NCBI GenBank assembly: GCA_964016885.1
Contig: OZ024749.1
Coordinates: 8,246,001 to 8,310,000, forward strand
Source: Eledone cirrhosa
Taxonomy: Eukaryota
Length of the DNA stretch: 64,000 bases
Direction: 5' to 3'
The notes beneath the pieces were generated by a model, which saw nothing but the letters and a program-made list of their open reading frames with translations, had not been told where the DNA came from and did no database searches. A program made the translations under genes and the position numbers. Below are positions 30,550-40,548 of this stretch, one piece after another. Each line of letters begins with the position of its first letter. Positions within the stretch are counted from its first letter, which is position 1.

Positions 30550-30663
30550 ATAAATAAATATATATATATATGTGTGTGTGTTTGTGCGTGTGTGTGTATA
30601 TATATATGTTGAAATGGTGTGTAAGAGAGAACAAATGAGTTATATACAGGCATTGATCGATAT

Positions 30664-30727
<64 letters not shown>
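30319..30727. repeat. Compound (TA)/(TG)/(CA) and (GATA)n microsatellites
   Basis: Direct reading; (GATA)n at about 30668-30727. Confidence 0.9.
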
Positions 30728-30881
30728 TTTCTCCTGCATTTAGACGACAATGTATATAAGTGTGTGGGGATCTCTCTGTTTATGTGCGGAATCTTTTAGA
30801 TTTTGGTGAGCAATTGTATGTTTGTCTGCAGGCATCGAAATATGTATACGATGTACAGACTAATATATATATATATATATA

Positions 30882-31459
30882 ATTTACGTAGACAACGGAG
30901 CATATGTGCATAAACACCCCTGCACAGTGTCGTATTTGTGACAGTATCGTATTAGCTCAGTGTACAAGAATAGAGCCGTTATAGGGAAAAGAAATCAAAA
31001 AATGCCTATATACTCAAACAATTTTTATTCGCTGACAATGTTTCATCCATACCATGGGGCCGGAATCATCAGAGCGTTATAAACAAAAATATAGTGTTGA
31101 ATATAAGCTCTACCAAGCTTAATCACCCAAACAGTAGAGATACAGTACAGGAATATAGGAGGGAGATTGGAGATGAGAAGGATGGAGAGAATCCGTAATG
31201 GGGTTGTTAGTCAACATTATAGCAAAATATGAGAATACGAGCAGATTTTCTCACAAGAAACTGAGGCATGTGAAGGCACACAAAAGCAACAAAAGAAGGT
31301 ATTATTTGGTCACTATAGAAGACAGGTGAGTTAGTTTTCCATGACTTAGAGTCATAGAGTATCAAGTGAGAAACAGAGGCAAGTGAATGCACACAGAAGC
31401 AACTAAATGATGTATGCACTCTGCACCATAGGAGGCAGGTAAGGCAAATTGATTTCACA

Positions 31460-31460
<1 letters not shown>
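30882..31460 (-). mobile_element. Penelope-like element 3' UTR fragment with hammerhead and 3' tail
   Basis: Contains the hammerhead at 31024-31083 followed by AATAAA. Its tail motif (TATAACGGCTCT...TGAGCTAA...ATACTG) is shared with 35952-35993. Bounded by (TA)n. Confidence 0.55.
31024..31083 (-). ncRNA. Type I minimal hammerhead ribozyme
   Basis: CGCU-CUGAUGA-UUCCGGCCCCAUGGUAUGGAU-GAAAC-AUU-GUC-AGCG. Stem I is CGCU/AGCG, extended by UUUAU/AUAAA. The first stem II pair is a U-U mismatch. Confidence 0.75.
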
Positions 31461-31507
<47 letters not shown>

Positions 31508-31508
<1 letters not shown>

Positions 31509-31680
31509 CGAAGGAAATGTGGTAAGGAACCAGGTGGACCATAACGCACCAAAGTACTCAATACTTGAGGTAGTAGAGTGGGTAATAGGAACCAGTAAGA
31601 CCCCGACAGCTGAGCTCAAGCCGTTTCGAATTAGCCGTCGAAACGGCTTGAGCTCAGCTGTCGGGGTCTTACTGGTTCCT
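31508..31680 (-). mobile_element. Foldback mini-element copy B
   Basis: Near-identical to copy A in the opposite orientation, with a different central junction; (TA)n flanks. Confidence 0.75.
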
Positions 31681-31704
31681 ATATATATATATATATATAT
31701 ATAT

Positions 31705-31895
31705 AGGAAAACGTATGACCCCGATGGCAGAGCTCAAGCCGTTTCGACGGCTATATCTGGACTGAAATAGCCGTCGAAACGGCTTGAGCTCTGCCGTCGG
31801 GTCACACTTTATTCCTATTACCCACTCTACTACCCTACGTATTGAGTACTCTGGTGCGTTATGGTGCATCTGGTTCCTTACCACATTTCCTTCGT
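31705..31895 (+). mobile_element. Foldback mini-element copy C (diverged subfamily)
   Basis: Same arm-plus-tail layout; GAAAC-GGCT-TGAGCTC-TGCC-GTC-GGGTC. Confidence 0.7.
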
Positions 31896-31977
31896 TATAT
31901 ATATATTATAACCCCCCCCCCCCCCCATGACTGAATTTTAACCATCGACACAGTCAAGGTATGTCAGATATCAATTT

Positions 31978-32005
31978 ATTTTATCTGAAATATGTATAAT
32001 AAAAT
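31978..32005 (+). ncRNA. Hammerhead relic with stem II deleted (non-functional)
   Basis: ATTTTAT-CTGAAAT-ATGT-ATA-ATAAAAT. It has the same stem I/III and upstream GGTATGTCAG as 45242-45331, but CTGA is fused to GAAA. Confidence 0.55.
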
Positions 32006-32200
32006 ATATTTGATCACATGAATGTCTATATTTATTAATATTTTGAAGTAATATTAATAACTCCAGAAAACATCACGGTAGAGTGCTTCTAATCTATTGT
32101 AGAACTTTATTCATTTATAAATATATGGGTTCAAATCTCAAGGGACCAGATTCGCTAAGGTCAAAAGAATACTAACTATAGACATTAGGGTTCGTATATA

Positions 32201-32278
<78 letters not shown>

Positions 32279-32374
32279 CATACATATATATATATACATA
32301 TATATATAATAAATATAATAAATATAATAAATATAATAAATAAATAACAAAGAACGCTTATAGCATATGCATAT

Positions 32375-32432
32375 CTTTACTTGCTAACATTGTTTCATCC
32401 GCACTATAAGTGGGACTCATCAGAGCATAAAG
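32375..32432 (-). ncRNA. Type I minimal hammerhead ribozyme (left arm)
   Basis: Reverse complement of 35853-35910. Confidence 0.8.
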
Positions 32433-33022
32433 GTTACATACCATACAAGCAATAACAAATCCAAGACATTGAAGAATGAAAGGTAATAATAGACGATAGA
32501 GGATAAGAATAAAAATAAAAATAAAAATAAAAATAAAAGTAAAAATAAAAATAAAAATAAAAATAAGGATAAGGGGTGCTATTAGTCACAGTTGGGCGGT
32601 GTGCTGTCAACATATAGTTACATACAAGCATACACATGGATAAGAGAACAGACAAGAGTAGACACATGGATAAGAGAACAGACAAGAGTAGATAAGATAA
32701 TGGGATTAGGTAAGAGTAGGTAAAAAATAGGTAAAAAATAGGTAAAAAACAGACTTATAATATATATAAAAAGAAATACAAAGAAATACATAACAAACTT
32801 ACATATAAAATATAAAATATAGGGTAAGGAATGAGATAAAATAATATAAAATTAAAAATTAAAAATTATATACATAGAACATAATATAGTATAATCGTAA
32901 AATAAGATAAAATAAGGTAAACTAAAATCAAATAACATAGACTAAATTAAAATAATATAATATAAGATATAATTAAAATTAAATGTATAATTATATGTAT
33001 AATTAAATGTAATTAAATGTAA

Positions 33023-33058
<36 letters not shown>

Positions 33059-33127
33059 AAATTAAATAAATAAATAAAATTAAAATTTAAATTTTAAAAT
33101 TTTAAAATTAAAAACTAAATTTAAATA

Positions 33128-33166
<39 letters not shown>

Positions 33167-34680
33167 ATGGAGTCAAGTAAGTAAATAAATAAAATTAGAT
33201 AACATGAAATGAAATAAAATAAAATGAAATAAAGTAAATTGAGATAAGATATATATTTTTTTAGAATATATCTCTTGAATATATCAGGGGCCCACGAAGG
33301 CACTAAATGTCACAGTTATGTGTATCACTTGACCAATTTTCTTAAAATATATTTCTTGAAAACATCAGGGGCCCACGAAGGCACTAAGTGTCACAGTCAC
33401 CAGTATCACTTGACCATTGCAAGGCAATGGAGGCGTCCCAGGTTGGGCAGTCTCGAAAGTTCACTCGAAAGTCATGGGTGTGTATTCACACAGTTGAGCG
33501 GTGGGGTAATCACAAACCGGTTCACACACGGGCAGGAGTCAAATGGTCAGAGAGGTGCATCAAAGGAGGTAGAAGAATTCACATGCATTAGCAAGCGAGG
33601 TGAGGTTAAAGCAAGCAGACACAGTTGTAGCGCATACAAAATATATATAAAAAGACAGAAGATATATAAAAAAAATAGCTTCAAGAGCCATTAAGTCAGC
33701 GCATTGGGACATCACAAGATTGTACACATCAATATGTTCAGCACGTATATGCACGTATACACACCACATGCATATGCAGAGACGGTATACATATATATAT
33801 ATATATATTTTTTTTTATATATACACACAGACACATATAACCACCTACACCCATACACATATAAATGTATACACGGGCACACACGCACACACACACAGCG
33901 TAGGACACCCGGGTCAAAGCCGATATTAAATACGATATTAAATACGATATTAAACACCGAAATACCACATTAGACCAGACCCACCACCACAGGTAATATA
34001 TTCAAAACAAATACATACGATGAGATGTATTAAAATAAAGTTGAAATCCTACAGAGATATTCATGTCTGCACGTGCCATTGACCGATTCGAGTGTACACA
34101 GACCGTTAGTAACTACGGAGGGCCATCGGGGCCAAAACGTTACTTTCGGGATCATAAAAACGACCGTCAATATAAGGAAGGCCGATCGTGCTAGAAAGAC
34201 TACAACCCCGGGTAAGAGCTCCCAGAGGTCAGCCTGTAGATCTTGAACCACAGAATATGAGGGCAACACATATATGCGCCACGTATCCACTGCTTGCGGC
34301 AGGATGGCACGGGTCCGCCACAGTTACAGGCTAAATTTCTACTAGTGCAGCCTAAATCACAGTACACGCTTTACATAAATACATTACATCACAACTCATG
34401 CGCATACAGAGGTACAGATCAACAAGATATACGTCAGGATAGGTTCACCAATGCACTAATGGTGGGTAGGCCAGCGTGGATGGGTTACATCCACTGTACC
34501 AAACAGGGGTGCTTATTAACATACACTCCCCTGCACACCCCAATATCAAGATCAATATCCTCCCACAGGCATACGTATACATTCACAGACTCGTATACAT
34601 AGACGACCAACATTAGGAGACAGTTACACTCAGTCAGAGACAGTTACACAAGACAGCCCAACTGGAGGAATAAGGACGTG

Positions 34681-34869
34681 CTAGCTAACAGGTTTAAAGT
34701 AGAAGAAAGAGCTTAATATTCGGTGGGGGCAAGAGGAAAAAATTTCAGACTTTCTATTTAGTAGTGGGCATTTAGCAAATATAATAGAGTGGGATTCGGC
34801 AAGGCACAGGTTGCATACTCTACTATGAGGAGTATATGGATGGGATTTAGCAACCTGCCGCCAAGTGCT
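34681..34869 (-). pseudogene. C-terminal 62 aa of a Penelope-like RT/GIY-YIG ORF
   Basis: Manual translation gives STWRQVAKSHPYTPHSRVCNLCLAESHSIIFAKCPLLNRKSEIFSSCPHRILSSFFYFKPVS*. This matches the CxLCLxE...LLNxxSE...CxH end of PLE endonucleases (Naiad-like, from memory). Confidence 0.75.
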
Positions 34870-35089
34870 TAGTGCCTTCGTGGGCCCCTGATGTTTTCAA
34901 GAAATATATTTTAAGAAAATTGGTCAAGTGATACACATAACTGTGACATTTAGTGCCTTCGTGGGCCCCTGATATATTCAAGAGATATATTCTAAAAAAA
35001 TATATATCTTATCTCAATTTACTTTATTTCATTTTATTTTATTTCATTTCATGTTATCTAATTTTATTTATTTACTTACTTGACTCCAT

Positions 35090-35132
<43 letters not shown>

Positions 35133-35213
35133 TTTGTTTATTTATATTTAAATTTAGTTTTTAATTTTAAAATTTTAAAATTTAAATTTTAATTTTATTT
35201 ATTTATTTAATTT

Positions 35214-35245
<32 letters not shown>

Positions 35246-35852
35246 TTACATTTAATTACATTTAATTATACATATAATTATACATTTAATTTTAATTATA
35301 TCTTATATTATATTATTTTAATTTAGTCTATGTTATTTGATTTTAGTTTACCTTATTTTATCTTATTTTACGATTATACTATATTATGTTCTATGTATAT
35401 AATTTTTAATTTTTAATTTTATATTATTTTATCTCATTCCTTACCCTATATTTTATATTTTATATGTAAGTTTGTTATGTATTTCTTTGTATTTCTTTTT
35501 ATATATATTATAAGTCTGTTTTTACCTATTTTTTACCTATTTTTTACCTACTCTTACCTAATCCCATTATCTTATCTACTCTTGTCTGTTCTCTTATCCA
35601 TGCGTCTACTCTTGTCTGTTCTCTTATCCATGTGTATGCTTGTATGTAACTATATGTTGACAGCACACCGCCCAACTGTGACTAATAGCACCCCTTATCC
35701 TTATTTTTATTTTTATTTTTATTTTTACTTTTATTTTTATTTTTATTTTTATTTTTATTTTTATTTTTATTTTTATTCTTATCCTCTATCGTCTATTATT
35801 ACCTTTCATTCTTCAATGTCTTGGATTTGTTATTGCTTGTATGGTATGTAAC

Positions 35853-35910
35853 CTTTATGCTCTGATGAGTCCCACTTATAGTGCGGATGAAACAATGTTA
35901 GCAAGTAAAG
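35853..35910 (+). ncRNA. Type I minimal hammerhead ribozyme (right arm)
   Basis: CUUUA-UGCU-CUGAUGA-GUCCCAC-UUAUA-GUGCGGAU-GAAAC-AAU-GUU-AGCA-AG-UAAAG. All core nucleotides are present; predicted cut after 35899. Confidence 0.8.
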
Positions 35911-36044
35911 ATATGCATATGCTATAAGCGTTCTTTGTTATTTATTTATTATATTACGGCTCTGTCCTCAGACATTGAGCTAACCTCATACTGCCTGCTG
36001 GATAAGTGGAGTGTTATACACCCCTGATCCTTTCCCTAGCATAC

Positions 36045-36431
<387 letters not shown>

Positions 36432-36750
36432 TGGTGGCTGCCAACTCGTTTTCGAGTACGGCCACTACCTTATATCCATGTAAGAGAACCCCTACCGATG
36501 CGCTGAACAAGTGTGACTTTTTAGTCCAGTCAGCGACTTGAAAACTCTGGTACAAACACTACATTTGTGACAATTATTGACACATAGTCCTGGGCCCATG
36601 GTACCATATGATGACAAGTGCAGAGAGATCTCCAGATATAAAGCCATGCCTGTGCCGTGAAGTTTTTATAGTGAGCAAAGGCACTGCACAAAGCCAGTCC
36701 CACTCTCTTAACCAAGATGATATTTACCAAAAAGAAGAACAAGTCAACAT
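36432..36750 (-). mobile_element. Non-autonomous RTE-derived element, relative of 28736-28965
   Basis: Shared ends TGGCTGCC..CTCGTT.TCGAGTA.GGCCA and ATGCCTGTGC.GTGAAG...CCCACTCTCT...AAAAGAAGAA...TCAACAT, with a different middle. Confidence 0.45.
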
Positions 36751-36766
36751 ATATATATATATATAC

Positions 36767-36918
<152 letters not shown>

Positions 36919-36932
36919 TTTATTATATATAC

Positions 36933-36964
<32 letters not shown>

Positions 36965-37000
36965 TTTATTATATATACATATATATATATATACATATAT

Positions 37001-37124
37001 ATCATCATCATTTTACGTCCGCTTTTCCCTGCTTGCAAGGGTGGGACGGGACTTATCAGCACAGCATCTCTCCACTCGTCACGGTCCCTCGTCATCTCCA
37101 CCGTGAGCTTCAATGATCTGAGGT
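37001..37124 (-). mobile_element. 124-bp 3'-terminal fragment of the RTE-A family
   Basis: Reverse complement of about 40364-40488 with about 4 differences; (ATG)n tail. Confidence 0.9.
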
Positions 37125-37318
37125 CTTAAACAGTTCTCTATCCAAGACTTGCAATCTCTGTCTAAATGAAAAATTTACCATTATATCTAATTTAGATTCT
37201 ATAATAAATAGACGCACTGACTTGTTTTCTCTCTGCTTGCATAACATTTGCAGAACATTCCAGAAAGTATACAGCTAATATCCTAAACTTTATCAATTCA
37301 GAATCCTTTTCTCAAAGG

Positions 37319-37387
<69 letters not shown>

Positions 37388-37754
37388 CTTTAAAAATATA
37401 CCCATCTTTCTACCTTATTTCAAAGTTATTTATTATACATTATATAATACTTGTTACTCATTCTATATCACTCCTATTTATCACTTCCCTTTCTTCTTTT
37501 TCTTTTTCTTTTTTTTTTTTTATTTCTAACGCCTAATGTGTACCTTTTCTCACTGTGCCTAACATAGAAACAATTATTACACAATACAATATATTCTTAC
37601 TTTATATCACCTTGAAAAATCCTTCGTAAACATAAATATTTTTTTTGACGTTAGATTATTCATCCTCTATTCATTATTTTTTTCTCACTTTTCATCTAAC
37701 TTATTCATGCTCATCTCACAATATATCCTTACTTACATTACTTTTGTTTTTTTA

Positions 37755-37930
37755 ATAATACATACCAACATTTTCTTTCCATCGCACATATTATTAAACC
37801 CTTAAATATTATTCTTAATACATATTAACATTTTCTTTCCATCGCACATATTATTAAACCCTTAAATATTATTCTTAATACATATTAACAATTTCTTTTC
37901 ATCGTACATATTATTAAACCCTTCAATATA
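37755..37930. repeat. 60-bp tandem repeat, about 3 copies, inside the PLE 3'UTR
   Basis: Lines 37741, 37801 and 37861 align column for column. Confidence 0.85.
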
Positions 37931-38290
37931 TAAACCCTAACTTTACATTTTTTTTCTCTTCGTTAATTTTCAAATTCTCTTAATTTATACATTATCTTCC
38001 AACGGTTTTTCAACCTCTCTATGTAAAACAATATATTTTTTCTCATTTATAAAAGCTATCTCTCTCTCTCTCTCTCTATCAGCCATCTCTCCTCCTATCT
38101 CATTCTTCCTCATTATACTCCTCCCCCTCCACTTTTTACTCTCATCTCCTCCTCTTTTTCATCCTTTCCACCCCCCACCCCTCAAAAAAAATTTCCCCAG
38201 TATCACACATCAATCTAAAACTACTTTTCATATGTTGATTTAAAACTGCACTATCCACAAATGTTTTTAACCTTCATATCATGTCTTCCT

Positions 38291-38359
38291 ATTTTATCTG
38301 ATGAAAACACAAATGTTATTGCATGATGATATTTATTTTTGAAATGCGCATAATAAAAT
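38291..38359 (+). ncRNA. Type I minimal hammerhead ribozyme
   Basis: AUUUUAU-CUGAUGA-[long AU/GU stem II]-GAAAU-GCGC-AUA-AUAAAAU; perfect 7-bp stem I and a palindromic stem III loop. Confidence 0.78.
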
Positions 38360-38483
38360 ACATGGAACTCTTTTAACCATCTTTTGATCTTATATATTAT
38401 GTATACTCCAGTCCTACAAACTGTAGAGTGCTTCTTATCCGATATCTGCATTGCTTTATTGTACTACAATAAAACTCACCTCC

Positions 38484-38535
<52 letters not shown>

Positions 38536-38536
38536 G

Positions 38537-40478
38537 AGAGAGAGTAGGAGGTTTGCCAATGTTCTGCGACGGGAAGATCAGAGGCGTGCGGTGTTCCACA
38601 TTGCAAGGCAGTGTGTCAATGCAAATCAGGATGTTGTTGGAGATAAATGTGTCCGGGATGATGCGGGTGTAGTTAGTGTCACGAATGATCAGAAAAAGGA
38701 GGCCTGGAAATGTCATTATGAGAGACTGATGAATGTGGAGAACGAATGGGAGAGAGAGAAATTACCCTTGGTAGATCCGACAGAGGGACCAGCTATTGAG
38801 ATTGACGAATATAGGGTCCAAGAGGCGATTAGGGAAATGAAAAATGGTAAGGCTGCCGGACCATCGGGAATAGTTGCTGAGATGCTGAAGGCATCAGGGG
38901 ACGTAGGCACTAAACTGGTTGCACGCATCATCAATCAGGCTATATATGGTGGTGTCATACCCAAAGACTGGTGCAGCAGTATTCTCATAAATTTCTACAA
39001 AGGTAAAGGGGATGCTTTGGAGAGGAGAAATTATAGGGGTATAAAACTGATAGATCAGGTTATGAAAGTGGCAGGAAGGATTTTAGCACAACTAATTAGA
39101 GAAAGGGTCAAACTAGATGAGATGCAATTTGGCTTTGTGCCTGGGAAGAGTACAACAGATGCCCTCTTCTTGGTGAGACAATTGCAAGAGAGGTTCTTAG
39201 AGAAGAATAAGCCACTATACTTAGCCTTTGTTGACCTAGAGAAGGCCTTTGATAGGGTACCCCGATCTCTCATCTGGTGGTCCCTAAGGAAGCTAGGTGT
39301 TGAGGAATGGCTTGTGAGGACAGTGCAAACTTTGTACAGAGGTACTCTCAGTAAAGTCAGGGTAGGAATGGAGTTTAGTGAGGAATTCCAGATACAAGTA
39401 GGAGTACATCAGGGTTCGGTCCTCAGCCCGCTCTTGTTCATTATAGTCCTCCAAGCCATAACAGAGGAGTTTAAGACTGGCTGTCCATGGGAACTTCTCT
39501 ATGCTGACGATCTGGTTCTTATAGCAGAATCAGTAGAGGAGCTAGAGAATAAATTCTGGCTATGGAAACAGCAGTTGGAAGCAAGAGGACTGAGAGTGAA
39601 TCTAGCTAAGACAAAAGTGTTGATGAGTAGAAAAGAGGACAAAACCCTGATTCCGTCAGGGAAATGGTTATGTTCGATATGCAGAAAAGGAACTGGCATA
39701 AATTCTATAAAATGCACACAATGCAGATCCTGGGTACACAAGAGATGTAGCGGGATAGCAGGCAAACTAATAGGTAGGGAGAAATATGTATGCAGTAGAT
39801 GTACAGGGAAATTAGACAGTAGAAGTCGCACTGATAGACACATTTTTCAAATGCAAGAGGGCGCTATAGAAGTGGTGGATAGCTTCCGGTACCTAGGAGA
39901 TCAGATTAGCATGGGAGGTGGGTGTTCCGAGGCCATAGTATCTAGAATAAGGACGGGTTGGAAGAAGTTTAGGGAGCTGCTTCCTCTGTTGACGAAGAAG
40001 GGTTTCTCCCTGCGTACGAAAGGCCGGTTGTATGATGCCTGTGTGAGGAGCGCGATGCTGCATGGTAGTGAGACATGGGCAGCAACTGCAGAGGATATGC
40101 GACGGCTGGAGAGAAATGAGGCAAGCATGCTCCGTTGGATGTGCAGTGTAAATGTGCGTGAACGACCCAGCATAAATGTGTTGAGAGAGAAACTGTGTCT
40201 GAGAGGGATAGAATGTAGTGTACGGGAGAGGAGACTTAGGTGGTATGGACATGTGATGCGCATGGAGGATGACCGATGGGTGAAGAAGTGCCAGGAATTG
40301 CCAGTTGAAGGAAGACGTGGTAGAGGTAGACCACGAAAAACATGGGTGGAGGTGGTGAGAACATACCTCAGATCATTGAAGCTCACGGTGGAGATGACGA
40401 GGGACCGTGACGAGTGGAGAGATGCTGTGCTGAATAAGACCCGTCCCACCTTTGCAAGCGGGGAAAAGCGGACGTAAA

Positions 40479-40513
<35 letters not shown>

Positions 40514-40514
40514 A
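38537..40514 (+). mobile_element. RTE-clade LINE (RTE-A), 5'-truncated, with (ATG)n tail
   Basis: Uninterrupted RT frame whose stop abuts the (ATG)n tail; inserted in (TA)n. Confidence 0.92.
38591..40477 (+). CDS. RTE reverse transcriptase (N-truncated, frame open from about 38540) with embedded PHD-like finger
   Basis: Motifs GKAAGP, NYRGIKL, QFGF, DLEKAFD, GVHQGSVLSPLLF, YADD (39500-39511), FRYLG, RLRWYGHV and GRPRKTW. Confidence 0.9.
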   Translation: MFHIARQCVNANQDVVGDKCVRDDAGVVSVTNDQKKEAWKCHYERLMNVENEWEREKLPLVDPTEGPAIEIDEYRVQEAIREMKNGKAAGPSGIVAEMLKASGDVGTKLVARIINQAIYGGVIPKDWCSSILINFYKGKGDALERRNYRGIKLIDQVMKVAGRILAQLIRERVKLDEMQFGFVPGKSTTDALFLVRQLQERFLEKNKPLYLAFVDLEKAFDRVPRSLIWWSLRKLGVEEWLVRTVQTLYRGTLSKVRVGMEFSEEFQIQVGVHQGSVLSPLLFIIVLQAITEEFKTGCPWELLYADDLVLIAESVEELENKFWLWKQQLEARGLRVNLAKTKVLMSRKEDKTLIPSGKWLCSICRKGTGINSIKCTQCRSWVHKRCSGIAGKLIGREKYVCSRCTGKLDSRSRTDRHIFQMQEGAIEVVDSFRYLGDQISMGGGCSEAIVSRIRTGWKKFRELLPLLTKKGFSLRTKGRLYDACVRSAMLHGSETWAATAEDMRRLERNEASMLRWMCSVNVRERPSINVLREKLCLRGIECSVRERRLRWYGHVMRMEDDRWVKKCQELPVEGRRGRGRPRKTWVEVVRTYLRSLKLTVEMTRDRDEWRDAVLNKTRPTFASGEKRT

Positions 40515-40548
40515 TATATACATATATATATCTATATATATATATATA

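Larger units (their letters stand above)
32330..36044 (-). mobile_element. 5'-truncated Penelope-like retroelement with a ~1.06-kb inverted pseudo-LTR
   Basis: Near-perfect inverted repeat at 32330-33388 and 34868-35956, with a hammerhead in each arm. A GIY-YIG C-terminal peptide lies at 34681-34869, the right arm has an extra ~90-bp tail, and both sides have (TA)n flanks. Confidence 0.85.
37125..38400 (+). mobile_element. Second 5'-truncated Penelope-like element (ORF end, 3'UTR, hammerhead)
   Basis: 37126-37278 translates [51 protein letters not shown] pyrimidine-rich UTR follows, then a hammerhead at 38291-38359. The right boundary is approximate. Confidence 0.75.

Noticed and set aside
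30118-31895. Foldback elements as classical MITEs or as short peptide genes ([14 protein letters not shown]...)
   Set aside because: The one-sided tail and copy-specific junctions do not fit terminal inverted repeats, and the ORFs run into microsatellites.
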